Source: Smithella sp. (GTDB lineage: Bacteria > Desulfobacterota > Syntrophia > Syntrophales > Smithellaceae). Taken from it: 38,855 bases of DNA. Position numbers and translations under genes: made by a program. Where the stretch lies: NCBI GenBank assembly GCA_012797505.1, contig JAAZOZ010000203.1, forward strand, positions 1-38,855, in the 5' to 3' direction. This document shows, in pieces, positions 20,699-30,444 of the stretch. Positions within the stretch are counted from its first letter, which is position 1. Each line of letters begins with the position of its first letter. The notes under the pieces are model-generated. The model saw only the letters and a program-made list of their open reading frames with translations, did not search any database and was not told where the DNA came from.

Positions 20699-21538
20699 CT
20701 AGGGCGTGTCGTCCATCACGGTCTTTTTTGACTTCAGAAAGACCCAGGTGATGCTGAGCCCGCTCATCCAGGATGTTTTCGTCTTGACCAGGGGGCTGTC
20801 CTCGAAAACCGCGCCCTGCAGAAAATCGGCGCTGACAAACGCATGAAAGCGAAAAGACTTATAATTTTTCCCCAACCCGACGGTCAGCGTGGAGCCGCTG
20901 TAGCCCGCGCCCGCATCGTAGGCCGGACGCCAGGCCGTGGCGTACGCAGGCTCCACGTTGTAAAAATATTGATGGTAGCCGCGGTCGCCGAACATCGGAC
21001 CTGTGGAGACGCCCAGATACAAACCCGTCCCAGGAATCACGTCGCCTTTTTCAAAGTTCAATCGGGGGGAAAATACCCATCCCTCATGGCGCACGGAACG
21101 AAAATCGGTTGAAAAAACCGCGCGCACCGGAAAGGCCAGGCTCAGCCGATGCCAGTTTTCGCGGGAGTCGAGCAGTTTCACGCGCAGCGCGGGGCCAAAT
21201 TCAAACGTGGGATCCAGGTCCTCCATGCCGCGGCGCGCGTCATTGTCGTCGCTCTTCACGGGCACGGCGCCGTAGCCGCTCGCGTCAAGGGTTACGCGGT
21301 CGGTTTTGAAAAGCCGCGCGGTGAGCCTTTTGTCTTCCAGGCGAAAAATGCCGCCCCGGTAAACGGCGTAGGGAAAAGGCAGCAGGTACGGCCGCGTTTT
21401 GTCCGATCCCCGGTAATCCGGCATCATCAGAAAACCGCCGCCTGCGCCCACCTCCCACAAAGGTTTCTGGGCGCCTGCAGTCTGTTGCGGCAGCATCAGC
21501 AAAACAATCGCCAACAGAATTCGACCATGCGTCATCAT
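20699..21538 (-). CDS. MipA/OmpV family outer-membrane protein
   Basis: Signal peptide, PLWEVGAG...PDYRGSD, RRGMEDLDPTFEFGP, FEDSPLVK. Confidence 0.85.
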   Translation of the reverse strand: MMTHGRILLAIVLLMLPQQTAGAQKPLWEVGAGGGFLMMPDYRGSDKTRPYLLPFPYAVYRGGIFRLEDKRLTARLFKTDRVTLDASGYGAVPVKSDDNDARRGMEDLDPTFEFGPALRVKLLDSRENWHRLSLAFPVRAVFSTDFRSVRHEGWVFSPRLNFEKGDVIPGTGLYLGVSTGPMFGDRGYHQYFYNVEPAYATAWRPAYDAGAGYSGSTLTVGLGKNYKSFRFHAFVSADFLQGAVFEDSPLVKTKTSWMSGLSITWVFLKSKKTVMDDTP

Positions 21539-21550
21539 GAACGCCCAACC

Positions 21551-22051
21551 CTAGCGGTCAAAAGTCGTAAACTGCTCTTTTTTCGCCGCGCAAACCGGAC
21601 ATTCCTCCGGCAATACCCCGTCCGCCACATAACCGCAGACCTTGCAGACATGATAAACGGTTTGGCGCTCTTCCATGAAGTGGTTCATGGCCTGTTTGTA
21701 GAGCTTGGCGTGTGTTTCCTCCACGTCGCGGCTCTGGCTGAAGTGCAGAAGGGCCTGCTTGTCGCCCGCCTGCTCCGCCATCTTTACAAAGCGGTCATAG
21801 GCGATTTCCGCCACCGTTTTTTCCGACTCGAAGCTTTCCGCAAGGTTTTCTTCCGTCGTTTTGATCTCCTTGAGCACGCGCAGCGCCCGTTTGCCGTGAA
21901 TCTCTTCCGAAAAAGCAATCACGCGAAAAAGGCGCGCGATCTGCGGATAGCCTTCCTGATCGGCTTTTTCCGCGAACATTTTCAGCCGCAGGACGGCTTT
22001 CGCCTCGCCGACGTAGGCCTCTCGAAGCGCTTCCCGAATCTTTTCATCCAT
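21551..22051 (-). CDS. rbr: Rubrerythrin family protein
   Basis: ExxH diiron motifs (EEIH, EETH) and C-terminal CKVCGY...CPVC. Confidence 0.93.
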   Translation of the reverse strand: MDEKIREALREAYVGEAKAVLRLKMFAEKADQEGYPQIARLFRVIAFSEEIHGKRALRVLKEIKTTEENLAESFESEKTVAEIAYDRFVKMAEQAGDKQALLHFSQSRDVEETHAKLYKQAMNHFMEERQTVYHVCKVCGYVADGVLPEECPVCAAKKEQFTTFDR

Positions 22052-22077
22052 CGCTTACCCCCTTTCCTGAAAAATAC

Positions 22078-22236
22078 TTATTCCGGCTTGAACTCGCTTT
22101 TATCGGCGCCGCAAACCGGACAGGTCCAGTCCGCGGGAAGCTTCTCAAACGGCGTTCCGGGGGGAATTCCACCTTCTTCGTCTCCCTGGTCCGGATCATA
22201 AACATACCCGCATACATCGCACACATACTTTTTCAT
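22078..22236 (-). CDS. Rubredoxin (52 aa; not in the supplied ORF track)
   Basis: Hand translation [52 protein letters not shown]; RBS AAGGAGG. Confidence 0.97.
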   Translation of the reverse strand: MKKYVCDVCGYVYDPDQGDEEGGIPPGTPFEKLPADWTCPVCGADKSEFKPE

Positions 22237-22257
22237 GATTCGCCTCCTTGAATGGTC

Positions 22258-23469
22258 TTATTTCTGGGACAGTCTTTTGGCCAGTTCCGACGCAACGGTC
22301 CGACCCAGCTCATGGCATTTTTCAAGCGCTTCCGGACCCGGCACATGCCGGACGGAAACCGTTTCGGCCACCACGTCCACTTTCATTCCTTTGAGGGCCG
22401 TTTCCAGATCTTTCACCGACTCTCCGCTCCAGCCGAAAGAGCCGAACACCGCGCCGATCAGATTGACCGGTTTGAGCCCCCGGATATAGGTCATGACATC
22501 CGCCATCTGCGGCAGCATATTGTTGTTGAGCGTGGACGAACCAACGATCAGCGCCCCCGCCTCCAGCAGTTCAAAAATAACCTCGCTGCGGTGCGCTTCG
22601 TTGAGGGAAAGAATTTTAACGGACACACCCGCCTGCGCCAGGGCCTCCGCAATGGCTTTGGCCATGCTTTCGGTCGAATGCCACATGGTCGCATAAACCA
22701 CCACCGCCTTGTTGGCCGGCTTCTGCACAGCCCATTTCTTATACCGGTCGAGGATGAACCCCAGATCCCTGCGCCACACCGGTCCGTGATCCGGCGCAAT
22801 GGTCCTGATTTCCCAGCCCGTCGCCGCCACCTTTTCCAGCGCTTTGAGAACTACCGGCGAATAAGGCAGAACGATGTTGGCGTAGTATGTGGCGGCCTCG
22901 TATTCCAACATGTCGGCCGGCAGTTCGTCGGCGAAGCGCTCGAACGTCGCCAGGTGCATGCCGAAGGCGTCCTGCGAAAACAGCAGGCCGTCTTTAGCCA
23001 GAAACGTAAACATCGAATCCGGCCAGTGAATCATTCGCGTTTCCATGAAGGTCAGCTCCATATTGCCCAGGGAAAGCGTCTCTCCGTCGCGGACCGCCTG
23101 AATAACATAATCGTTATGAAGAATCTCTCCCAGGTTTTTCACGCCGGCGGCGGAGGCAAACACTTTTGAGGGCCGGACCCGTCCGACCACTTCAGAGAGA
23201 CATCCGCAATGGTCCTGTTCGGAGTGATTGGAAATAATGTAGTCGATTTTGGCTGGATCGATGACGGATGCAATCCGCGCCAGCATTTCCTCCAGGAAGG
23301 GCTTCTTGACGGTGTCGATCAGCGTGATTTTATCCGCCAGGATCAGGTAGGCATTGTACGTGCTTCCGTGGGGCGTGGTGTAGCCGTGAAAATCACGAAT
23401 CGACCAGTCGATGGCGCCCACCCAGTAAACATGGTCGCTCACTTGTATCGCGGAATAGATGTCGGTCAT
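22258..23469 (-). CDS. fprA: Flavodiiron protein (FprA/ROO-type O2/NO reductase)
   Basis: FHGY, NHSEQDH, HWPDSM, APDHG, and a flavodoxin domain with FGSFGWSGE. Confidence 0.95.
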   Translation of the reverse strand: MTDIYSAIQVSDHVYWVGAIDWSIRDFHGYTTPHGSTYNAYLILADKITLIDTVKKPFLEEMLARIASVIDPAKIDYIISNHSEQDHCGCLSEVVGRVRPSKVFASAAGVKNLGEILHNDYVIQAVRDGETLSLGNMELTFMETRMIHWPDSMFTFLAKDGLLFSQDAFGMHLATFERFADELPADMLEYEAATYYANIVLPYSPVVLKALEKVAATGWEIRTIAPDHGPVWRRDLGFILDRYKKWAVQKPANKAVVVYATMWHSTESMAKAIAEALAQAGVSVKILSLNEAHRSEVIFELLEAGALIVGSSTLNNNMLPQMADVMTYIRGLKPVNLIGAVFGSFGWSGESVKDLETALKGMKVDVVAETVSVRHVPGPEALEKCHELGRTVASELAKRLSQK

Positions 23470-23504
23470 GAAGGGTCACCTCGGAAAATGATTTGTGAGG
23501 GAGT

Positions 23505-23532
23505 AATATAAGGTTTACCGCCGGATCGTCAA
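23505..23532 (-). promoter_or_regulatory. Putative sigma70 promoter for fprA-rubredoxin-rbr
   Basis: Minus strand TTGACG-16 nt-TATATT. Confidence 0.5.
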
Positions 23533-23535
23533 CCC

Positions 23536-24150
23536 TTATTTGATCATGGAGCATCCCGCGTCAAAAGCCTTCAGATTTAAAGCATATTTTTCCGGAGAAA
23601 GGGTTTTGCGAATCTCTTTTGCGAACATCCGACGGTCGATGGGCAAAAGGCCCGTCCCGGCCAGCGCGCCGATCATGACGATATTGCTGAGCACGGGGTT
23701 GCCCAGGACAAGGCCTATGGCCGTGGCGTCAAAGATCCAGCACCGGGCCGTCAATCGCGCAAAGGCCTCATGAATCGTTTCCTCGGAAGGGTAGTCGCGT
23801 TCGCCCGTGATCACCCCCATGGGATCGATCGAACGGGCATTGGAGATGAGCGAGACGCCGGGATTCCCGTACACCGTCAAAACCCGAAGAGCTTCAAGCG
23901 GCTCCAGCGCCACGATCACATCCGCGCCGCCTTTGGGAATCTGCGGACTTTTCACCGCGTCGGGGGAAATGCGCAGATGGCTCATGACCGACCCGCCGCG
24001 CTGCGACATACCGAACGTTTCGCCGATGGTCACGACATAGCCCGCGTCCACCAGCATGCCCGCCAATGCCCGGGATGCCATGACATTGCCCTGTCCGCCC
24101 ACGCCGGTGAGAATCAGGTTTTTGGTGAGTCCGGAGTTTTTGTTTTTCAT
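23536..24150 (-). CDS. iorB: Indolepyruvate:ferredoxin oxidoreductase beta subunit
   Basis: ILTGVGGQG, ETFGMSQRGGSVMSHLR, ALEPLEALR. Confidence 0.92.
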   Translation of the reverse strand: MKNKNSGLTKNLILTGVGGQGNVMASRALAGMLVDAGYVVTIGETFGMSQRGGSVMSHLRISPDAVKSPQIPKGGADVIVALEPLEALRVLTVYGNPGVSLISNARSIDPMGVITGERDYPSEETIHEAFARLTARCWIFDATAIGLVLGNPVLSNIVMIGALAGTGLLPIDRRMFAKEIRKTLSPEKYALNLKAFDAGCSMIK

Positions 24151-24214
24151 ACACAATTCCCGAAAATACAACGATACGCTCCTCCCCGCTCCGTCGGGAC
24201 GGGGAGCCGTCCAA

Positions 24215-26173
24215 TCATCCGCCGGAAGCGAAAGCGGACGCGACCGGCGTTTTTACAATAGCCTTCTGCGGACAGATCGAAGCGCAGACGCCGCAGCCTG
24301 CGCAGACCACCTCGTCAATCGCCGCTTTCTTCTTTTTCCGGTCCCAGACGAGTGCCGGGCAGCGGAAAATCCTTGTGCACAGACGGTTGCAGCCGCAGGC
24401 GTCCCCCAGACACAACTCTTCGTCCACCTTCATCTCGAATGTTTTTTTTCCCTTTTTTTCAGGGCTGAGCGCGCAGGCCTGGCGCAGAATCAGCACTTTG
24501 AGCAAACCTTTTTCGGCCAGAAAATCCGTTAGAACCGCACCGGTTGCCGCAAGGTCAAACGGGTCGCAAACCGTCACCTTCGCGCCGATGGCCCGGCAGA
24601 CGGCAGCGATATCGACGGCCGGAACGCTTTCCTTGAGGGCGTTCACCTCAATGCCCGGATGCGGTTGAAACCCCGTCATGGCCGTCCCCTGATTATCCAG
24701 CACAATGAACGTGACGTCCGCGCGGTTGTGCTGCGCGTTGATGAGCGCCGGGATCACCGCGTGATAAAATGTGGAATCGCCGCAGACCGTCAGAACGGGT
24801 TTTTTGAATCCAAACGGCGCCAGTTTGGCAAAACCGCCGGCCAGCCCCGTGCCGGACCCCATGGAATGAAGCGTCGGCATCGTCCAATAGCCGTTGGCCG
24901 GCGTGAGCGCCGCCATTGAATAGCAGCCGATGTCGCCGCAGACGAACCCTTCGCGGCTGTCCAGCGCAATGGCGTTGTGGATGCTCCAGAAGGACGCGCG
25001 GTGCGGGCAGCCGGCGCAAAACGTCTGTTCCCGGGGGGGAAGCATCGCCGCCGTTTTTCGCGCTTCTTCCAGATAGGACGGCGAAAGTGCATCACGCCGG
25101 ATCTTGAAAATCTTCGCCAGGGCGTCCGCCACGATATCGGGGTTGAGTTCCCCCGCAAAAGGAAGCGTCCCGTCGTACTTGCCGAAGAATGTTTTGCCCT
25201 TTGAAAGCTTCGGGTCTCCGGCGGCCAGAACCTTGACGTTTTCTTCCAAAAACGCCATCACTTCTTCGACGATCAGAATCTTTCCGGCTTTCCGCAGATG
25301 GCCCGACACCAGGCGAGGCGGCAGGGGCCAGGTGGTCCCGATCTTCAGAATGCCCACCCGCTTTTGAAGGCCCAGCATTTCAACCGCCTCGGCTGCGTAG
25401 AGAGAACAGGCGCTGGCCGTGACGAGCAGCAGATCAGGCCGGGCGGGGCCCGTGTAACAGTTGAACGGGCTTTTTTCGAAAAGGGCTTGAACGGTTTTGA
25501 GCTTTTGCTGGCGAAGCAGATGTTTGGCCACCACCGGCGTGCTGATCATCGGCCCGGTTTGCGAATCCATGATCGGTCCGTCGCAGCGGAACACCGCCTT
25601 GCGGGTTTTCGCCGGGAATTTTCCGCAAATCACGTTTCCGCTGGCATGCGACATGCGGGTGACGGAGCGCAGCATCACGACGTTGCCGATTGCTTCGGAA
25701 AGCTCAAAAGCCCATTTCGTCATGTCCTTGGCTTCCTGAAAATCCGCCGGCTCCAGAAGCGGCATCTCCAGCATGCCGGCGAAGTAGCGCGACTCCCCTT
25801 CGTTGACGCTGGAGAGCGCCCCCGGGTCTTCGCAGGAAACCAGGACGAGGCCGCCGCGGGTTCCCGAAGCGGTCAGGTGCAGCAGAAAGTCCGACGCCAC
25901 GTTCACGCCGTTCTGCTTCATGACGGCCATCGAACGCAGTCCCGCGAAGGACGCGGCCGCCGCCACTTCCAGCGCGACTTTTTCGTTGACCGACCACTCC
26001 ACGTAAAGATTGCGCCCGCGGGCCACCGTCGCAAGCGATTCGATCACCTCGGAAGAAGGCGTACCGGGGTATCCGGTCGCCACGGACACTCCCGCTTCCA
26101 GCGCGCCTCGGGCGATGGCTTCATTTCCCAGAAACAAAACTCTGGACCCGGCCGGTGAAAGCAATCTGGTCAT
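24215..26173 (-). CDS. iorA: Indolepyruvate:ferredoxin oxidoreductase alpha subunit
   Basis: LGNEAIARGA, YPGTPSSE, WSVNEKVA, FCAGCPHR, GDIGCY, GDSTFYH, C-terminal ferredoxin; start approximate. Confidence 0.93.
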   Translation of the reverse strand: MTRLLSPAGSRVLFLGNEAIARGALEAGVSVATGYPGTPSSEVIESLATVARGRNLYVEWSVNEKVALEVAAAASFAGLRSMAVMKQNGVNVASDFLLHLTASGTRGGLVLVSCEDPGALSSVNEGESRYFAGMLEMPLLEPADFQEAKDMTKWAFELSEAIGNVVMLRSVTRMSHASGNVICGKFPAKTRKAVFRCDGPIMDSQTGPMISTPVVAKHLLRQQKLKTVQALFEKSPFNCYTGPARPDLLLVTASACSLYAAEAVEMLGLQKRVGILKIGTTWPLPPRLVSGHLRKAGKILIVEEVMAFLEENVKVLAAGDPKLSKGKTFFGKYDGTLPFAGELNPDIVADALAKIFKIRRDALSPSYLEEARKTAAMLPPREQTFCAGCPHRASFWSIHNAIALDSREGFVCGDIGCYSMAALTPANGYWTMPTLHSMGSGTGLAGGFAKLAPFGFKKPVLTVCGDSTFYHAVIPALINAQHNRADVTFIVLDNQGTAMTGFQPHPGIEVNALKESVPAVDIAAVCRAIGAKVTVCDPFDLAATGAVLTDFLAEKGLLKVLILRQACALSPEKKGKKTFEMKVDEELCLGDACGCNRLCTRIFRCPALVWDRKKKKAAIDEVVCAGCGVCASICPQKAIVKTPVASAFASGG

Positions 26174-26257
26174 ACGGATGTCTCGTCTTTCGTATCTCGT
26201 CGTTCGCGCGCCATCGGGACCGGTTGGAACCACCCATGCGGGCGGCGCGACACTCCC

Positions 26258-27391
26258 CTACGTCTTTAAATATTTCTTCACCACCGTGTCGCCGGGATTC
26301 AAATACAGCAAATTCTGAGGCGACCGGCTTTTGGCGATGATGCGGGCCAGCGCTTTTTTCTTTTTCTCCGCCGCCGCGTTTTTCAGTTCGTGAAGCGCCT
26401 CCTGCGGCGTTTCGCGAAATTCCAGAATCCCCCGGCTGCGCGCCAGCGAAACAAGCTTTTTCCCCGTTTCGCTGCGGACAATCACCTGGTTCCAGTTCTG
26501 CATTTCCCCGGAGTTCCGGCCATAGCGGGCGGCGCCGACGGACAGGTCGGCAAACTCCGCCGTGGAATCGACGCAATAGCGGCAGGCCTCGCGCACGCAG
26601 GCATCCACCTCGGCCATCGGCACATTCACCGGGCCTTCCGCCGTGTGGAGCTCGAGAATATTTTTCCCCGCCGGAATGTCCATGCCGGTAAGATTCGCCG
26701 CGGAAAGTTGATAGGTTTCCAGAAGATTCTGAAAAGGTTCAAGCGCGAGCGTCCAGCCGCAAAACAAACCGATGACCAGCGAAAGCGTTTTGCCCTTGTC
26801 GTATCCATCAATCTTTGCCGTCCTGATTTTGGCCAGCGCGAGCGCCTGGCAGGGCGTGGCCACGACGCCGATTCTGCGGCCTTCGCCTTCCGGCGCCCGG
26901 TGGAACGCGGCGACGGTCGGCGCCGCCCAAAAGCGGCTTCGGGCATAGTCCGCAAGCGCTCCCGCGTCGTCGATCAAACGGCCTTCGGGCTCCCGTTCAC
27001 TCAGACGGCCGGAAACAATCGCCGCGTCGATCCATCCTTCGGACATCGCCAGCCTTAAGAGCGCCGTTACCGTGCCGCCGTGCTGAGAGCGGGCCCGCAG
27101 TCCTGCATCCTTCGCGCGCGCGATCCAAAACTCCTTCACCGGACCGATTTCGTCGGTCGCATCCAAAGCGTCAAAAAGACTTTCCCGAAGAAGCGGCAGA
27201 TCGGAAGGCGTTCGGGGGCAAAAGGCGCGGCACCTGCCGTCGGGCAGATCACAGTCGAAAAGCTGAACGGTTCGGTCTTTGTACACCATCTGATAGGGGC
27301 AAAGCCCCACGCACGCTCCGCAGCCGGTGCAGAGGCTTTGTTCCAGAACATCTTTTTTCAGCCTGGACTGGCTGCTTCGTTTCTTTCTCAT
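26258..27391 (-). CDS. FrhB/FdhB-family (F420 hydrogenase beta-like) iron-sulfur flavoprotein
   Basis: CTGCGACVGLCP, SQHGGTVTALL, VATPCQ, IGLFC, CRYCVDSTAEFADLSVG; ATG at 27391 overlaps the SDR stop (TGATG). Confidence 0.88.
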   Translation of the reverse strand: MRKKRSSQSRLKKDVLEQSLCTGCGACVGLCPYQMVYKDRTVQLFDCDLPDGRCRAFCPRTPSDLPLLRESLFDALDATDEIGPVKEFWIARAKDAGLRARSQHGGTVTALLRLAMSEGWIDAAIVSGRLSEREPEGRLIDDAGALADYARSRFWAAPTVAAFHRAPEGEGRRIGVVATPCQALALAKIRTAKIDGYDKGKTLSLVIGLFCGWTLALEPFQNLLETYQLSAANLTGMDIPAGKNILELHTAEGPVNVPMAEVDACVREACRYCVDSTAEFADLSVGAARYGRNSGEMQNWNQVIVRSETGKKLVSLARSRGILEFRETPQEALHELKNAAAEKKKKALARIIAKSRSPQNLLYLNPGDTVVKKYLKT

Positions 27392-28182
27392 CAATGAACG
27401 CCCTTGGCCGCGCTTCCGTCCACCAGCAGATTCACACCGTTGATGTAGGCCGCCTTTTCCGATGCGAGAAACGCCACGGCGTTTCCGATCTCCTCCGGTT
27501 GGCCCAGTCTTCCGGCGGGAATGGCGGCGGCCGTTTCCGTAAAATACTGTTCGACGGAGATCCGCCGCGCCGCGGCGCGCGTTTGCGCAAGCTCCTCCTG
27601 CCTTCGGGTTCGAATGTGGCCGGGGCACACGGTGTTTACCGTAATGTTGTATTTTGCGTACTGGTTGGCCAGCACTTTGGCAAGGCCGCCGATGCCGGGG
27701 CGAACCGCGGAAGAGAGCAGCAGTTCATTGATGGGCTGTTTGGCGACGATCGAATTGATGGTGATGATCCTGCCCCATTCCTGCCGCACCATCAGGGGCA
27801 ACACGGCGCGGGTCAGCCGCACCACGCTCATCAGCGTGAGGTCATGGCCCCGGAGCCAGTCTTCGTCGGTCAAGGAAAGCAGATCACCCGCCGGAGGACC
27901 GCCTGCGTTGTTGACCAGAATATGAACCGTACCGAAACGCTGTTCGGCTTCCGACACCAGATGGCTGATGTCCTGGGGCTTTGTAACATCAGCTTTCACG
28001 GGAAGAACAACCGAGCCGCTTTCTTCACGCAGCTCCCGGGCCGCTTGCGTAATTGCCTCTTCGCGCCTGGAGCAGATCACGACCGTCGCTCCCTCCAGCG
28101 CCAACTGGCGCGCCGCTGCCCTGCCCAGTCCCTGGCTTGCCGCGGCGACGATGGCTATTTTATTTTGCAGTCCTAAATTCAT
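27391..28182 (-). CDS. Short-chain dehydrogenase/reductase (SDR)
   Basis: AASQGLG, VNNAGGP, VNTVCPG, PAGRLGQPEE, LLVDG. Confidence 0.92.
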   Translation of the reverse strand: MNLGLQNKIAIVAAASQGLGRAAARQLALEGATVVICSRREEAITQAARELREESGSVVLPVKADVTKPQDISHLVSEAEQRFGTVHILVNNAGGPPAGDLLSLTDEDWLRGHDLTLMSVVRLTRAVLPLMVRQEWGRIITINSIVAKQPINELLLSSAVRPGIGGLAKVLANQYAKYNITVNTVCPGHIRTRRQEELAQTRAAARRISVEQYFTETAAAIPAGRLGQPEEIGNAVAFLASEKAAYINGVNLLVDGSAAKGVH

Positions 28183-28227
28183 AAACCCTCCGGGCCTTCC
28201 CGCCGCAGCGGTCGCCGCAAAAGCCGA

Positions 28228-30258
28228 TTACACAATGACGCGGGAGACCGTCTCGCTCAGTCCTCTGGCGGCGGTGTTCAGTTGCTGGGTGACGGCCTTA
28301 AACTGGGACAGAGAACCGGTCAACTGCGCCGCGCCGGCGTTCAGTTCGGCCATGGCCTCGCTGATCTGCCGGGAACCCAGAGACTGGAAGCGCATGCCCT
28401 CATTGACCTTGTCGAATTCCGGGCTGAGATTGGCCACCCGGGCGATGACCTGTGTAAGCTGCATCGTGGCATCTTCGACGGAGCCGACCCCACGGGCAAC
28501 GTCCTCGCGAAAATGATCCATCTCCCGGACGCCATCCACGACCGATGCCTGCATTTCAGCGATGATGTCCGAAATATCCAGCGTCGAAATGGCGGTTTCA
28601 TTGGCCAGCCGTCCGATTTCCCGCGCGACGACGGAAAAGCCCCTTCCGTATTCCCCCGCTTTTTCCGCTTCGATGGCGGCGTTGAGCGACAGGAGATTCG
28701 TCTGATCGGAAATTTTGGTAATGGTTGCGATGACGCTGTCGATGCTTGCCGCCTTCTGGCGCATCAACGCAAGCTTTTCAGAAATGCTCGCCGTTCCCGC
28801 TGAGAGGCTTTGCATGGCGCTCTGCAAACCGGAAAGACTTGCCTGCCCGGCATTGGCCAGCCGGGACGCCTCACCGGCGGCATTTCTCACGCTCTCCATG
28901 GTTCCGGACAGTTCCTGAGACGTCGCCGAAATCTGTTTGGAAGAAACCCCCACCCGCGCCACGTTTCCTTCGAGGCTTTTCATCGCTGCTTCCTGCTGGC
29001 CCGATGCCGAAACGATGGAGGCCGTGGTCGCGTTGAGGGTATCAACCGCCTCCCGGATCCGGATGGTCTGCTCCTGAATGCTTCGGGTCATTTTGTTGAT
29101 GGAGAGGCTGAGCAGACCCACCTCATTGCGGCTGCTGCCGGCGTCGATCTGCACGCGCAGATCTCCTTTGGCGACGCTGTCTGCCGCGCCGGTCAACTTC
29201 TCCATCGGCTTGCCGACCAGTCTTCGCGTCAGGAAATAGACGAGCAGCGCGACCGCGACCGCGACCAGAAGCATGCTGATGAACAATTTGAACAGGAAGG
29301 CAAAAATGCCGGAAAGCACCTCATCGTAGTTTCGGCAAAAAACGATATACCAGCTGTCCTCCATGTGAAACTGGGCCGTGGTCAGTTTTTCCACATAGTA
29401 GGCCTTGACGGTGCCCGCAAAGTCGGACAAAAAGGAAGATTCGCCGGCGGCGATCCTGTCCGTGACGGGTTTCACCAGGGTCGGCCCTTTCTTATTGAGG
29501 ATCAGCGATTTTTGCGGATGGGAAATGATCATGCCGTCTTGATCGATCATCGAGAGGTAGCCGGTCGCGCCGATGACGGATTTTTCGACGAAAAACTCCG
29601 TGAAATAATCCATTCTCGGCGCGACAATGGTCGCGCCGATCACCTCGCCGTTATGCTCGATGGGAGCGGCGACGACAAAAATGGGATTGCCCCTTAGAAT
29701 GCTGGGATAGACCTCGCTGATGAAGTAAGGTTTTCCCGCAAAAACATTCCTGATATAACTGAACTCGGGGCCGCATTTCCCGATCGTTTTTCCGCCCACC
29801 GTATCGATGAAAAAATTTCCATTTCCGATGAGTCTCTTTTCCCCGTGGACGTCCACGGCAATCGTCCGGTCCGGGGCAAGCTTTACGGCAAGGGGAATAT
29901 TTTCATAATAGGGGTAGCGTGCGTGCATTTCGGACAGGAATTTCTGCGCATCCGCTCGTTTCTGCTGGTCCTCGGGGGAAAGAGCGACGGCTATAATCCT
30001 CGGGTCGCGGGCAATGGTCTGCGCCGTGCGGATCTGCTCCTCCAGCCATCGCATGAGCGCCTGATTTGTTTTCTTGGTAACCACCTCGGCGAGCTCGTAA
30101 TTGTTTTTCAGGGCTTCCGGTTTGCCCAGGGTGTACGCGACAAACCCGAAGGCAAGAAAAAGCAGCAAGATGGCCGGGATCAACAACAGAAGATACTGCG
30201 TGGAAATCTTCCGCGAATTGTATTTCCTGATCAATGGGTTCAGCATCCGCATCTTCAT
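28228..30258 (-). CDS. Methyl-accepting chemotaxis protein (dCache-HAMP-MCP signal)
   Basis: TM, Cache-like periplasmic domain, TM, HAMP, QTNLLSLNAAIEAEKAGEYGRGFSVVAREI; real start near 30258, not 31368. Confidence 0.9.
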   Translation of the reverse strand: MKMRMLNPLIRKYNSRKISTQYLLLLIPAILLLFLAFGFVAYTLGKPEALKNNYELAEVVTKKTNQALMRWLEEQIRTAQTIARDPRIIAVALSPEDQQKRADAQKFLSEMHARYPYYENIPLAVKLAPDRTIAVDVHGEKRLIGNGNFFIDTVGGKTIGKCGPEFSYIRNVFAGKPYFISEVYPSILRGNPIFVVAAPIEHNGEVIGATIVAPRMDYFTEFFVEKSVIGATGYLSMIDQDGMIISHPQKSLILNKKGPTLVKPVTDRIAAGESSFLSDFAGTVKAYYVEKLTTAQFHMEDSWYIVFCRNYDEVLSGIFAFLFKLFISMLLVAVAVALLVYFLTRRLVGKPMEKLTGAADSVAKGDLRVQIDAGSSRNEVGLLSLSINKMTRSIQEQTIRIREAVDTLNATTASIVSASGQQEAAMKSLEGNVARVGVSSKQISATSQELSGTMESVRNAAGEASRLANAGQASLSGLQSAMQSLSAGTASISEKLALMRQKAASIDSVIATITKISDQTNLLSLNAAIEAEKAGEYGRGFSVVAREIGRLANETAISTLDISDIIAEMQASVVDGVREMDHFREDVARGVGSVEDATMQLTQVIARVANLSPEFDKVNEGMRFQSLGSRQISEAMAELNAGAAQLTGSLSQFKAVTQQLNTAARGLSETVSRVIV

Positions 30259-30444
30259 TTCATCCCTGGGTTGTTTTCCGCCGCAAAACGGATTATCTGA
30301 ATACCCTATTGCCGATAATTTATCAACATCTTCCGCTACCACAACCTGTGTCTTTTCCGACGCCTTTTTTCCGCATCGAACCTCATGATTTCGCTTGAAA
30401 GGATGAAGCAGGCCATGTAAATATACGGGCCGGGGAATTTGAAT

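Noticed and set aside
22044-22226. 60-aa ORF in the ORF track
   Set aside because: Wrong frame; the real gene is rubredoxin at 22078-22236.
24183-24217. TGA followed by a hairpin at the iorA end as a selenocysteine/SECIS signal
   Set aside because: IorA is already complete after its ferredoxin domain, the TGA does not align with a Cys position, and read-through would be out of frame with iorB.
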